A program made the translations under genes and the position numbers. Shown piece by piece: positions 18,111 to 25,046 of a stretch of 42,447 nt of DNA (its first letter is position 1; each line of letters begins with the position of its first letter). The stretch is taken from IMG/VR virus record IMGVR_UViG_3300045988_116402, one strand, 5' to 3'. Under the pieces are notes generated by a model that saw nothing but the letters and a program-made list of their open reading frames with translations, was not told the DNA's origin and searched no databases. This stretch comes from a virus.

Positions 18111-19796
18111 TCAAAACGGATTGCCCCAACGCTTAATTAATTCTTTTTTCTGCTCCGGTGTAGCTGCGTAGTAATCGTCATACTGGTCTGCTTCCCAGCG
18201 TGTTTTCTTCTGTGTCTTTCGTGTTTCTGTCATACTCTGCTGCTCTCTGATGCCGTATGTTATAGCAAGCCCCATAACAAGGTCGTCGTGTTCGCCTTCT
18301 TCCGCTTGCGGCTTACCTTTTATGCGGACAAATGATAGCATTTCGCGCAAAGTATCAACGTCATTAATAAGCTGTATCTCGTCCCTTGCTATCTGTACCA
18401 GATTAGCGATTATAACAGGTCTTGTTGCTGATGTAGTGCGGAAACCATACGATTTCTTAATCGCTCCCGTGAACGTGTCCGGCTGCTCTCTTACATACTG
18501 GCGATTATATCCCAATCTCGCTACCTCTCTAATCGGATATGTTGAGAAGTTAGCCTCTAAGCCTACAAGAGCAGTATTATAGTATTGTCCTAAGCAATAT
18601 ACTTGCCTTGAATACTCGTCCTCGTCGATATTATCATCATGTAATACTGCTACTTGCTCACCGGTTACATTATCTATTACATGAGCCGTAAAATAGTCGC
18701 TACCTTCTCCGGCTGTATCTCCACCCAGAACATACGGTCTTGACTTCTCCGGCTCTCGGAATATCTTGATATTGCCTCTGTCGTTGTCAATCCAACGGGC
18801 ATTAGTTATATATTGCCCGTCATAATCATATGCAAAATAACCACGTTTCAGCGGCTTACAGCCCTGTAAATCATTAATACGCTTAATAATAATAGCTGTA
18901 TCAAATACACAAGCTCCTGTTGCAATAAAGGCTTCTTCCGGTGTCGATGGATACTCTTGCTTGAATAAATTGATGTCGCCACCACAGTTATTTTTTATGC
19001 ACCATCTACGCCATGACAACTGCTCATTAGTAAGGTTATGTCTTGCCTTAAGCTCTTCTTCTTCCGGCGTAAGCTGGAAACCATCATAAAATCGGCTATA
19101 TTCCGCAAGCTCAAACCATGGGAAGAATACCGGAACAAAATCATTCTCACCGGCGACCGCAGAATCCCACAAACGCTTGAAATCATCATATCCGTTAGCT
19201 GTACTCTCTATAATAACCATTGTTCCGGGCTGTGCAGGTACAGACTGTAAAAGACCGTTAAGTGTTGCCATCTTATCCCCAGTCCAGAACGCGAACTCAG
19301 ATATATGTACATTACTGAGAGTATCAGAACGTCCTACACCGTCACCGCCTGCCGTTGCACATTTGATACGGCTATTAAGTCCAATGCCGCCCTCACTCTT
19401 AGCTGGGCTGTCAAATATAATCTCTCTTGCATTGCTCGCTTTTCTTGCCGGTTTAAGCATATCCGGCAGGTAAGAATAGAACAGCTTGGACATATTAAAC
19501 AAGTTAGTTGTGGCATCGTCTTTATGCGCTATTATCATACTGCTGATGTTAGGTTTGACCGCCGTCCTGTGAAATATTAATGCCTCCGTCAGCGTCGAGA
19601 ATCCCATCTGTCGAGCCTTAAGAATGATTAATCGTATCGGTTTACCTTGTCGTGCCTCATTACCAATTATCTTATATAATCGCTCTTGTGGCTCGTTGAG
19701 CCGGAGCGGAACAATCCTATTATCCTTAGTCCTAATGTGCAAAAATCGGCTTATATACTCTCTTGCATTGTATATATTAATCATGTTATCAGTCAT
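18111..19796 (-). CDS. terL: Terminase large subunit
   Basis: 561 aa. The ATPase-type segment ILKARQMGFSTLTEALIF and the nuclease-half acidic motifs are typical of Terminase_6-like TerL. Overlaps terS. Confidence 0.8.
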   Translation of the reverse strand: MTDNMINIYNAREYISRFLHIRTKDNRIVPLRLNEPQERLYKIIGNEARQGKPIRLIILKARQMGFSTLTEALIFHRTAVKPNISSMIIAHKDDATTNLFNMSKLFYSYLPDMLKPARKASNAREIIFDSPAKSEGGIGLNSRIKCATAGGDGVGRSDTLSNVHISEFAFWTGDKMATLNGLLQSVPAQPGTMVIIESTANGYDDFKRLWDSAVAGENDFVPVFFPWFELAEYSRFYDGFQLTPEEEELKARHNLTNEQLSWRRWCIKNNCGGDINLFKQEYPSTPEEAFIATGACVFDTAIIIKRINDLQGCKPLKRGYFAYDYDGQYITNARWIDNDRGNIKIFREPEKSRPYVLGGDTAGEGSDYFTAHVIDNVTGEQVAVLHDDNIDEDEYSRQVYCLGQYYNTALVGLEANFSTYPIREVARLGYNRQYVREQPDTFTGAIKKSYGFRTTSATRPVIIANLVQIARDEIQLINDVDTLREMLSFVRIKGKPQAEEGEHDDLVMGLAITYGIREQQSMTETRKTQKKTRWEADQYDDYYAATPEQKKELIKRWGNPF

Positions 19797-20307
19797 AATT
19801 ATAATCGCCGTCCTGCTTGCTTAAGAACTGCTCATATGTAACCGTTGCCGTAATCTCCTGCTTATCAGTAAGCCAACCGGCTATTTTTGCATATGTTTCC
19901 AACGCCTTAAGCTTATCATGCAGCCTTATAGTCATGCCGTACTTGTCTTGCCTAATGGACATGATAGCCGCCTGCTTGCTCGGATCTATCTCTGACGTGG
20001 GTATATACTTAAGCTTACCGTTCTCGTCGACATCTGCATAATCACAAATGTTAGAAAAACCGACCGCCGCCAGCTCTCTCAATACATCGTCTTGCGTTAT
20101 CTGTAGCCGCTTGTTTCGCTCCGTTTGCAACTCCTTGATGTAGTCTTGTATGTCCTTACGTTTGAGCAAGTTACGGGCATTACTGTTGCACCTGCCTTTG
20201 TCTTCCTCGCCATATGCGGCACCGTATGCCCTCGTTCCGTTATAGTCAATTATGTATTCTTGACAGAACAACCGTTCTTTTATTGCTTTCTTTTCTGACG
20301 TTCTCAT
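19789..20307 (-). CDS. terS: Terminase small subunit
   Basis: 172 aa. N-terminus KERLFCQEYIIDYNGTRAYGAAYG matches the Terminase_2 pattern F-x-x-E-Y-x-x-D-x-N-x-T-x-A. Directly upstream of terL. Confidence 0.7.
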   Translation of the reverse strand: MRTSEKKAIKERLFCQEYIIDYNGTRAYGAAYGEEDKGRCNSNARNLLKRKDIQDYIKELQTERNKRLQITQDDVLRELAAVGFSNICDYADVDENGKLKYIPTSEIDPSKQAAIMSIRQDKYGMTIRLHDKLKALETYAKIAGWLTDKQEITATVTYEQFLSKQDGDYNYD

Positions 20308-20325
20308 GTTCTCACCTCCTGCAAT

Positions 20326-20352
20326 AAAAAAGCCCGGCTTACCAGTCCGGGC
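20326..20352 (-). terminator. Strong intrinsic terminator in the late-operon leader, 20 nt upstream of the terS start
   Basis: GCCCGG-cttaccagt-CCGGGC hairpin followed on the minus strand by TTTTTTATT, then the AGGAGGTGA RBS and ATG 20307. Confidence 0.7.
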
Positions 20353-20417
20353 AAAGAAAAGAATTAAAAATGAAAGGGAAATGCATTTTATACGCCTATA
20401 TATTACATTAATATAGT

Positions 20418-20467
20418 ATCATATCACGATGTTAGATTGTGTTATTATTGTGTTAGATTTTGTTAGG
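20418..20467 (-). promoter_or_regulatory. Candidate activator-dependent late promoter: extended -10 (TGaTATGAT) preceded by three phased CTAACA boxes
   Basis: Minus strand reads ...CCTAACAaaATCTAACAcaataataacacAATCTAACAtcgTGaTATGAT. The boxes (plus-strand TGTTAGATT at 20430-38 and 20451-59, TGTTAGG at 20461-67) are spaced 21 and 10 bp apart. There is no good -35. Confidence 0.4.
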
Positions 20468-20657
20468 TCTTTTTTGCGTTATTTGTCAGGCACTCAAAAA
20501 AATAAAAAGCTGGCAAAATAACACCTTAAACGCTCGAGCTGCAAAAAGATATACAAAAGATATACAACGCCACCGGAAAACCCCGAATTTACGGCATCCG
20601 TTGGACGTTATATATTAATACTGTCTTAATTATTGCTACATTATAACGCATAACTGC

Positions 20658-20682
20658 AAAAAATAAGCGGCATCTCTGCCGC
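20658..20682 (-). terminator. Intrinsic terminator of the RHH regulator gene
   Basis: GCGGCA-tctc-TGCCGC hairpin followed on the minus strand by TTATTTTTT, 9 nt after the stop at 20691. Confidence 0.65.
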
Positions 20683-20690
20683 CTACCTAA

Positions 20691-20909
20691 TTAATTATTA
20701 ATATTTTGTAATAGCTCTATCGCCTCCGTCAATCGCTCCCGGTCATCGTCCATTAACTTAATAATGTAAGCGTTAAGGCTCATGCCTGCCGCCGCCGCCT
20801 GAAGATTATACTTGTCTCGCTCTCCCTTGGGTACTCTTACCGTTATATTATCTAACTTGCTCTGGTGTCTCTTAATTGCTTCTGCTTGTGCCTTTGTATA
20901 TTTGCTCAT
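20691..20909 (-). CDS. Ribbon-helix-helix (CopG/Arc-like) regulator, divergent from the accessory cassette
   Basis: 72 aa. ITVRVPKGERDKYNLQAAAAGMSLNAYIIKLM fits a beta-strand-helix-helix RHH layout. AGGAGGTGA RBS. Confidence 0.6.
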   Translation of the reverse strand: MSKYTKAQAEAIKRHQSKLDNITVRVPKGERDKYNLQAAAAGMSLNAYIIKLMDDDRERLTEAIELLQNINN

Positions 20910-20951
20910 TCTGTCACCTCCTAATCATATTACTATTATATATCGCTACGC

Positions 20952-21033
20952 TCTATGCTTACATAGACACATTGTACAAATCTATGCTTGCATATTTAGT
21001 AATTGTGTCTATTGCAATCTATGAAAGCATAGA
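20952..21033. promoter_or_regulatory. Three operator-like palindromes TCTATG-N4-CATAGA
   Basis: Perfect copies at 20952-20967 (tctatgcttacataga) and 21018-21033 (tctatgaaagcataga), an imperfect copy at 20981-20996, and an extra half-site CATAGA at 21087-21092. Confidence 0.6.
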
Positions 21034-21040
21034 TTATAAT
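21012..21040 (+). promoter_or_regulatory. Sigma-A-type promoter of the accessory cassette (TTGCAA-17 bp-TATAAT)
   Basis: TTGCAA at 21012-21017, a 17-nt spacer containing operator 21018-21033, and TATAAT at 21035-21040. Confidence 0.6.
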
Positions 21041-21141
21041 AGGCTCATAAGTTAAGGAAAGTTGAAAAAACGAGAGAAAAAGAAAGCATAGAAGAGAAAA
21101 TAAGAGAAAACATCAAAAATCAAAAGAAAGGAAGAAAAAAC

Positions 21142-21309
21142 ATGAAAAACTACAAAGAACATCACACATCATTAACAAGAGGCTACATCAGAGTTAATCA
21201 GGAAGTTAAAGAAGAGTATAACGGCAGATTCGGCAAGGGCTACATAATCAAAAGACACAATTCTAACAGCACACAGTATTGTTACATTACTTATTACGTA
21301 GAAGCTTGA
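21142..21309 (+). CDS. Small protein (55 aa), first gene of the accessory cassette
   Basis: Manual translation MKNYKEHHTSLTRGYIRVNQEVKEEYNGRFGKGYIIKRHNSNSTQYCYITYYVEA. Below the track cut-off; the RBS is weak and purine-rich. Confidence 0.35.
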   Translation: MKNYKEHHTSLTRGYIRVNQEVKEEYNGRFGKGYIIKRHNSNSTQYCYITYYVEA

Positions 21310-21323
21310 GAGGAGGAATAATC

Positions 21324-21809
21324 ATGAAATATTTTGAAGGAATTACAACGATCGATGAACTTAAGAAAGTTTATAGAAAGCTCTGCCAGCTTAACCACCC
21401 GGACAACGGCGGCAACGTAACTATCATGGCAGAAATCAATAACGAGTACACAAAACTTTTTAACATCTTAAAAAATCAGCACAACACAAAAGCGGAAGCA
21501 GACACAACAGGCAACACAAGACCTATAAACGAATGTCCGGAAGAATACATCAACATCATATCGGAGCTTGTAACACTTAAGGGCTTAACCGTTGAGCTGT
21601 GCGGCTCTTGGATATGGATAAGCGGAGACACAAGAGAGCATAAAGACAAACTTAAATCAATCGGCTGCCGCTGGGCGAGCAAGAAAAAGATGTGGTATTG
21701 GAGAAGTGAAGCAGATGCAGTTAAAAGCCGTAAAACCAAATCAATGGATTATATCCGCAATAAATACGGCTCAACATCTTACAGCACATCAGATTTATTA
21801 CTTGCATAA
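21324..21809 (+). CDS. J-domain (DnaJ-like) protein with a C-terminal W-rich domain
   Basis: Start moved to the ATG after the GAGAGGAGGA RBS. ELKKVYRKLCQLNHPDNGG carries the HPD signature. C-terminus reads GSWIWISGDTREHKDKLKSIGCRWASKKKMWYW. Confidence 0.8.
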   Translation: MKYFEGITTIDELKKVYRKLCQLNHPDNGGNVTIMAEINNEYTKLFNILKNQHNTKAEADTTGNTRPINECPEEYINIISELVTLKGLTVELCGSWIWISGDTREHKDKLKSIGCRWASKKKMWYWRSEADAVKSRKTKSMDYIRNKYGSTSYSTSDLLLA

Positions 21810-21813
21810 TATA

Positions 21814-21869
21814 ATAGCCGCACTGATGAGCCGTAATGACGGCGAAACCCCTCCGGGGTCTGCGGATAG
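21814..21869 (+). ncRNA. Type I hammerhead self-cleaving ribozyme
   Basis: Stem I CCGCA (21818-22) pairs with UGCGG (21861-65). Core CUGAUGA (21823-29). Stem II GCCGU-AAUG-ACGGC (21830-43). GAA (21844-46). Stem III A-CCCC-UCC-GGGG-U (21847-59). Cleavage-site C at 21860. All invariant core positions are present. Confidence 0.85.
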
Positions 21870-21880
21870 GAGGCGAAGCA

Positions 21881-22303
21881 ATGAAAGAGGAATGTATAAG
21901 AATATACGCTAATATGTACAATTATGAGGCTGTAGCAGACATTGACACTATTAAAAAGTATGACGACTACGCCAAAAATGATATAATACATTTGCAGACA
22001 GCTATCAACCGTATGCAGGAATACCGCTCTAAACTGTACGAGCACGCTCAAAAATTAGCAACGGCAGAATATACGCTGCAAGTATCAATTAAGCGTGAGA
22101 AGCGTTATTACCGAGATAATAAGGTATACTACTATATCAATATTGCAAAGGTCTTTCCGGGTATCGGAACAGAAACAATATTAGCGGAAACCTATCCCGG
22201 AACAGAACGCAACAAAGCAATAGTAAGATACAACGAATTATGTAAGCAATACCCAAAAGCGGAACACATCAAAAGTATTGACAAGGCACGCTGGGAGAAA
22301 TAA
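21881..22303 (+). CDS. Hypothetical protein (140 aa) downstream of the ribozyme
   Basis: Start at the ATG after the AGGAGG RBS (21868-73). Helical N-terminus; no family recognised. Confidence 0.6.
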   Translation: MKEECIRIYANMYNYEAVADIDTIKKYDDYAKNDIIHLQTAINRMQEYRSKLYEHAQKLATAEYTLQVSIKREKRYYRDNKVYYYINIAKVFPGIGTETILAETYPGTERNKAIVRYNELCKQYPKAEHIKSIDKARWEK

Positions 22304-22344
22304 TATTAAGATTAAGGAATAACAATAAAAAAGGAGACGATTAA

Positions 22345-22578
22345 ATGAAAGATTGGCAATTTGAAAACGGCATTGAAGTATACGAAAAACACTGGGATAA
22401 AGACTTGCATTGCTTAGAAGTGTACAACAGGACCGAATACCTCGGCACTGTATATCCCGGGGATATTGAGAATATGCAATATTGTTTTAAACTATTAGAT
22501 AGCGGCAAAGACCCCATTAGTGATGGCTGGGAAGATGGTTGCGGAAACGCTTGTACATTAGATGGCTGGGGAGAATAA
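22345..22578 (+). CDS. Small acidic protein (77 aa) with C-terminal DGWEDGCGNACTLDGWGE motif
   Basis: ORF with an AAAGGAGA RBS. No family recognised. Confidence 0.55.
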   Translation: MKDWQFENGIEVYEKHWDKDLHCLEVYNRTEYLGTVYPGDIENMQYCFKLLDSGKDPISDGWEDGCGNACTLDGWGE

Positions 22579-22584
22579 CCTTAA

Positions 22585-22611
22585 GGGGGGCAATATCGCC
22601 CCCTATTTTTT
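22585..22611 (+). terminator. Intrinsic terminator between the 77-aa gene and the Cas8c-like gene
   Basis: GGGGGC-aatatc-GCCCCC hairpin followed by TATTTTTT. Confidence 0.65.
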
Positions 22612-22626
22612 GGAGGAATAAGTAAA

Positions 22627-23403
22627 ATGAATTTCGATAAAGTTTTAGATTTACACGATTTGCTTAACCTTGAAGAGATTATCCCTGTTGCTCACACTCG
22701 CATACTTCCGCACATCGGTGTATTATTATCCGATAACGGAAATTTTATCGGTGCAATGATTATCAACAATGAGCGTTGTTCTATTCCTTGTACAATCGAA
22801 TCAGAAAGCCGAACAAGCGGCATTGCACCACACATAATACATGATAAGATGTTATATATATGCGGCAATTACCCAAAATACGAACAACACCACAACACCT
22901 ATATGCAACAGCTATCCAATTATATAAGCAATGTTGACGATAAGCTCGCAAAAGCAGTTTTTATTTACCTGCAAAAAGGTACTTTAAATTTTGATATAAA
23001 AAATTTATTGTCACAACTGCATGTGAAAGAAGAGAAAGCGAATATAATATTTTTAACGCCTAACATTGACGATACAATAAACAAAAAATGGACTGAATAC
23101 TATGTTAATTCGCTTCCTAAGAACGGCATTTGCAGTTTAACAGGTGTACCTGATTACATACCATCGACATACCCGAGATACATTCGCAGTCATATTGACT
23201 TAGCAAGATTATTTGTAGGCAAACAAAACGATCTTGATTCGATGCCCGCATTGCTTCCCGGATATATAGCATCACAAAAAATAATCCATACTTTACAATT
23301 TGTTTGCTTTGAGGGTGAAAACTGGGCTTATAATGTAATGCGTAATCATTACAACGAATTACCCGACGATTTGAAAACAAAGGTTGATAATTATTTTAAC
23401 TGA
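22627..23403 (+). CDS. Cas8c/Csd1 N-terminal-domain-like protein (truncated type I-C large-subunit homologue)
   Basis: 258 aa. Motifs IIPVAHT, IPCTIESESRTSGIAPHIIHDKMLYICGNY, IYLQKGTL, CSLTGVP...YPRYIRSHIDLARLF and ASQKIIHTLQF appear in the order I recall for the first ~300 aa of Firmicutes Cas8c/Csd1 proteins (about 600 aa in full). Not verified by any search. Confidence 0.55.
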   Translation: MNFDKVLDLHDLLNLEEIIPVAHTRILPHIGVLLSDNGNFIGAMIINNERCSIPCTIESESRTSGIAPHIIHDKMLYICGNYPKYEQHHNTYMQQLSNYISNVDDKLAKAVFIYLQKGTLNFDIKNLLSQLHVKEEKANIIFLTPNIDDTINKKWTEYYVNSLPKNGICSLTGVPDYIPSTYPRYIRSHIDLARLFVGKQNDLDSMPALLPGYIASQKIIHTLQFVCFEGENWAYNVMRNHYNELPDDLKTKVDNYFN

Positions 23404-23414
23404 AAATTAAATAA

Positions 23415-23440
23415 GCCCCGGTTTCCCGGGGCATTTTTTA
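23415..23440. terminator. Bidirectional intrinsic terminator between convergent genes
   Basis: GCCCCGG-tttc-CCGGGGC hairpin with a T-run on the plus strand (ATTTTTTAT) and a T-rich tract on the minus strand. Confidence 0.75.
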
Positions 23441-23830
23441 TAGTAAATTTAACGCTTTTGAATGTAGTTGGCGTACATATGACACATTATATTTAAGCTC
23501 TGCGGCAATCTCTTTGTAGCTCTTATACTCGACATGGCGTTTATATAATATCTCAACCAGTATAGGATTTTTAAGCTCATGTATTTTATCAATTACAATG
23601 TGTCTTGTAATTATCAATTCCGCTTTTTTTCTGCTGATTTCTGTTTCTATGTCTACAACATTTGCGACATCCTCAGCCAATTTATCACTTGTTGATGCCT
23701 GTACTCTTTCGCCGACTTTCGCCGTTATGCTTTCCGCATCTTCTCTAAGCCTAACGAGTTCTTTTTCCTTCTGCTGTATTTGCACATCTAATAGCCGGAG
23801 CTGATTAAGATAAGTATTCGCATTCTTCAT
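23438..23830 (-). CDS. Late-gene transcriptional regulator candidate (DUF1492 / sigma-70 region-4-like)
   Basis: The track ORF begins at a TTG; the ATG at 23830 follows a GGTAGGTGA RBS. The C-terminus ILYKRHVEYKSYKEIAAELKYNVSYVRQLHSKAL is a region-4-type HTH. Last gene of the early operon. Confidence 0.55.
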   Translation of the reverse strand: MKNANTYLNQLRLLDVQIQQKEKELVRLREDAESITAKVGERVQASTSDKLAEDVANVVDIETEISRKKAELIITRHIVIDKIHELKNPILVEILYKRHVEYKSYKEIAAELKYNVSYVRQLHSKALNLL

Positions 23831-23834
23831 GTTA

Positions 23835-24038
23835 TCACCTACCCTCAATCATTTTTAACAGTTTTGTCATGTCATAAAAATTACATGGGTCTAATCCGGT
23901 GCTTTCCTTTATCTTTTTTCTGTGCCATGCAACAGCGTTATAGCTATAAGATATGCTTTTAGCCGCTTTTGTCATGTTTAAATTACTTTCGGCTAATGCT
24001 CTTATAAATACAATATCATCTGTTCTTATTCCCGGCAT
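23835..24038 (-). CDS. Small HTH DNA-binding protein
   Basis: 67 aa. NMTKAAKSISYSYNAVAWHRKKIKESTG is HTH-like. Confidence 0.45.
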   Translation of the reverse strand: MPGIRTDDIVFIRALAESNLNMTKAAKSISYSYNAVAWHRKKIKESTGLDPCNFYDMTKLLKMIEGR

Positions 24039-24078
24039 TAAACAGTCCCCCTTCGTTTTCTTCGTGTGCAGCCGTTAT

Positions 24079-24378
24079 TTACTCGTTCTTTTTACTCACC
24101 AACTCGCCAGCACAAGCCGCATATCCGGCAATATCAATATAATTATCGGCTTTTTCGCTGCCGCCTGCAATCCTCGCCGTTTTAAGCAAAATCATCATAG
24201 CCCCAACATCGGCAGGGCTTATATTAACATCTGTTCCGGGACTGACGCATTTTGTTTTTACATAGGTTGTCCAAAATTCCGCTATTGTGGCAAAATTATC
24301 TTCCGGTGCTCCATACTGTTCTTCCCTATCTTTCGTTACTATTTCTTTTGCACTGTCTAATATCTCCGCTCTTTTCAT
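24079..24378 (-). CDS. Conserved phage protein, DUF6378-like
   Basis: 99 aa. The pattern REEQYGAPEDNFATIAEFW...SPADVGAMMILLKTARI...DNYIDIAGYAACAGE matches my recollection of this phage family. Confidence 0.45.
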   Translation of the reverse strand: MKRAEILDSAKEIVTKDREEQYGAPEDNFATIAEFWTTYVKTKCVSPGTDVNISPADVGAMMILLKTARIAGGSEKADNYIDIAGYAACAGELVSKKNE

Positions 24379-24668
24379 TCCAACGCCATCCTTCCCAACT
24401 GTCTTTCAACCTTATATTTTTTATACTCGTCAACTTCGTTTTCGGCTTTTAACATCATTGTGATTTGTGTAATCATAATCCAAACGTCGGCTATTTCCTC
24501 AATAACGTGGCCTTTTAAGCTGTCCGAGTAACCAGAAACTATGTATAAATTAATTGCTTCTATAAGCTCCTGTAATTCCTCTAAACATTTTGTAAACTGA
24601 TGCTTGCCGTAGTGCTCATAAATCATTTGTAATTTTGCTTTTAACTCCGCTTTTTCGATGTCCGTCAT
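24375..24668 (-). CDS. MazG-like all-alpha nucleotide pyrophosphohydrolase
   Basis: 97 aa. Carries the EExxE...E-x-x-D pattern (CLEELQELIEAI ... IEEIADVWIMI). Confidence 0.55.
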   Translation of the reverse strand: MTDIEKAELKAKLQMIYEHYGKHQFTKCLEELQELIEAINLYIVSGYSDSLKGHVIEEIADVWIMITQITMMLKAENEVDEYKKYKVERQLGRMALE

Positions 24669-24681
24669 AATTCTACCCCTT

Positions 24682-25041
24682 TTATAATAAGCTTGCCTGT
24701 TCGCCGTTGTACTTTGTTTTTTTATGTGTTAGGTGTTCCCCTTGCTCCTCAAGTCGTTTGCTTCGTTCCTTGTAATACTTATTCTTTTTTACAATGTAGT
24801 TATCAGCGACTTCGGGCGGTGTCGGCATATAATATTCTTCCGGTATTTTCTCGCCTTTTTCCGCAAGCTGTAAAATCTGATTTTTTGCATAAACAATGTG
24901 GTTTCTGACCAAATTCATGTTTACGCCATCAGCCCAGAACGGGTCTTGACAGCCGTTTTCGTTTATGTAATTCCAGATTCCCAATTCTTTGATTATATCT
25001 TTTGCATAATAAGCCGTTGTTTTTTCTTTCAGCTTCGACAT
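24682..25041 (-). CDS. Hypothetical protein
   Basis: 119-aa ORF in the operon; no family recognised. Confidence 0.5.
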   Translation of the reverse strand: MSKLKEKTTAYYAKDIIKELGIWNYINENGCQDPFWADGVNMNLVRNHIVYAKNQILQLAEKGEKIPEEYYMPTPPEVADNYIVKKNKYYKERSKRLEEQGEHLTHKKTKYNGEQASLL

Positions 25042-25046
25042 CTATA

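Noticed and set aside
22551-22580. Separate promoter for the Cas8c-like gene (TTGTAC-17-AATAAC)
   Set aside because: The -10 is very poor and the element lies within the 77-aa coding sequence. Read-through of the 22585-22611 terminator is an equally good explanation, so it is not reported as a feature.
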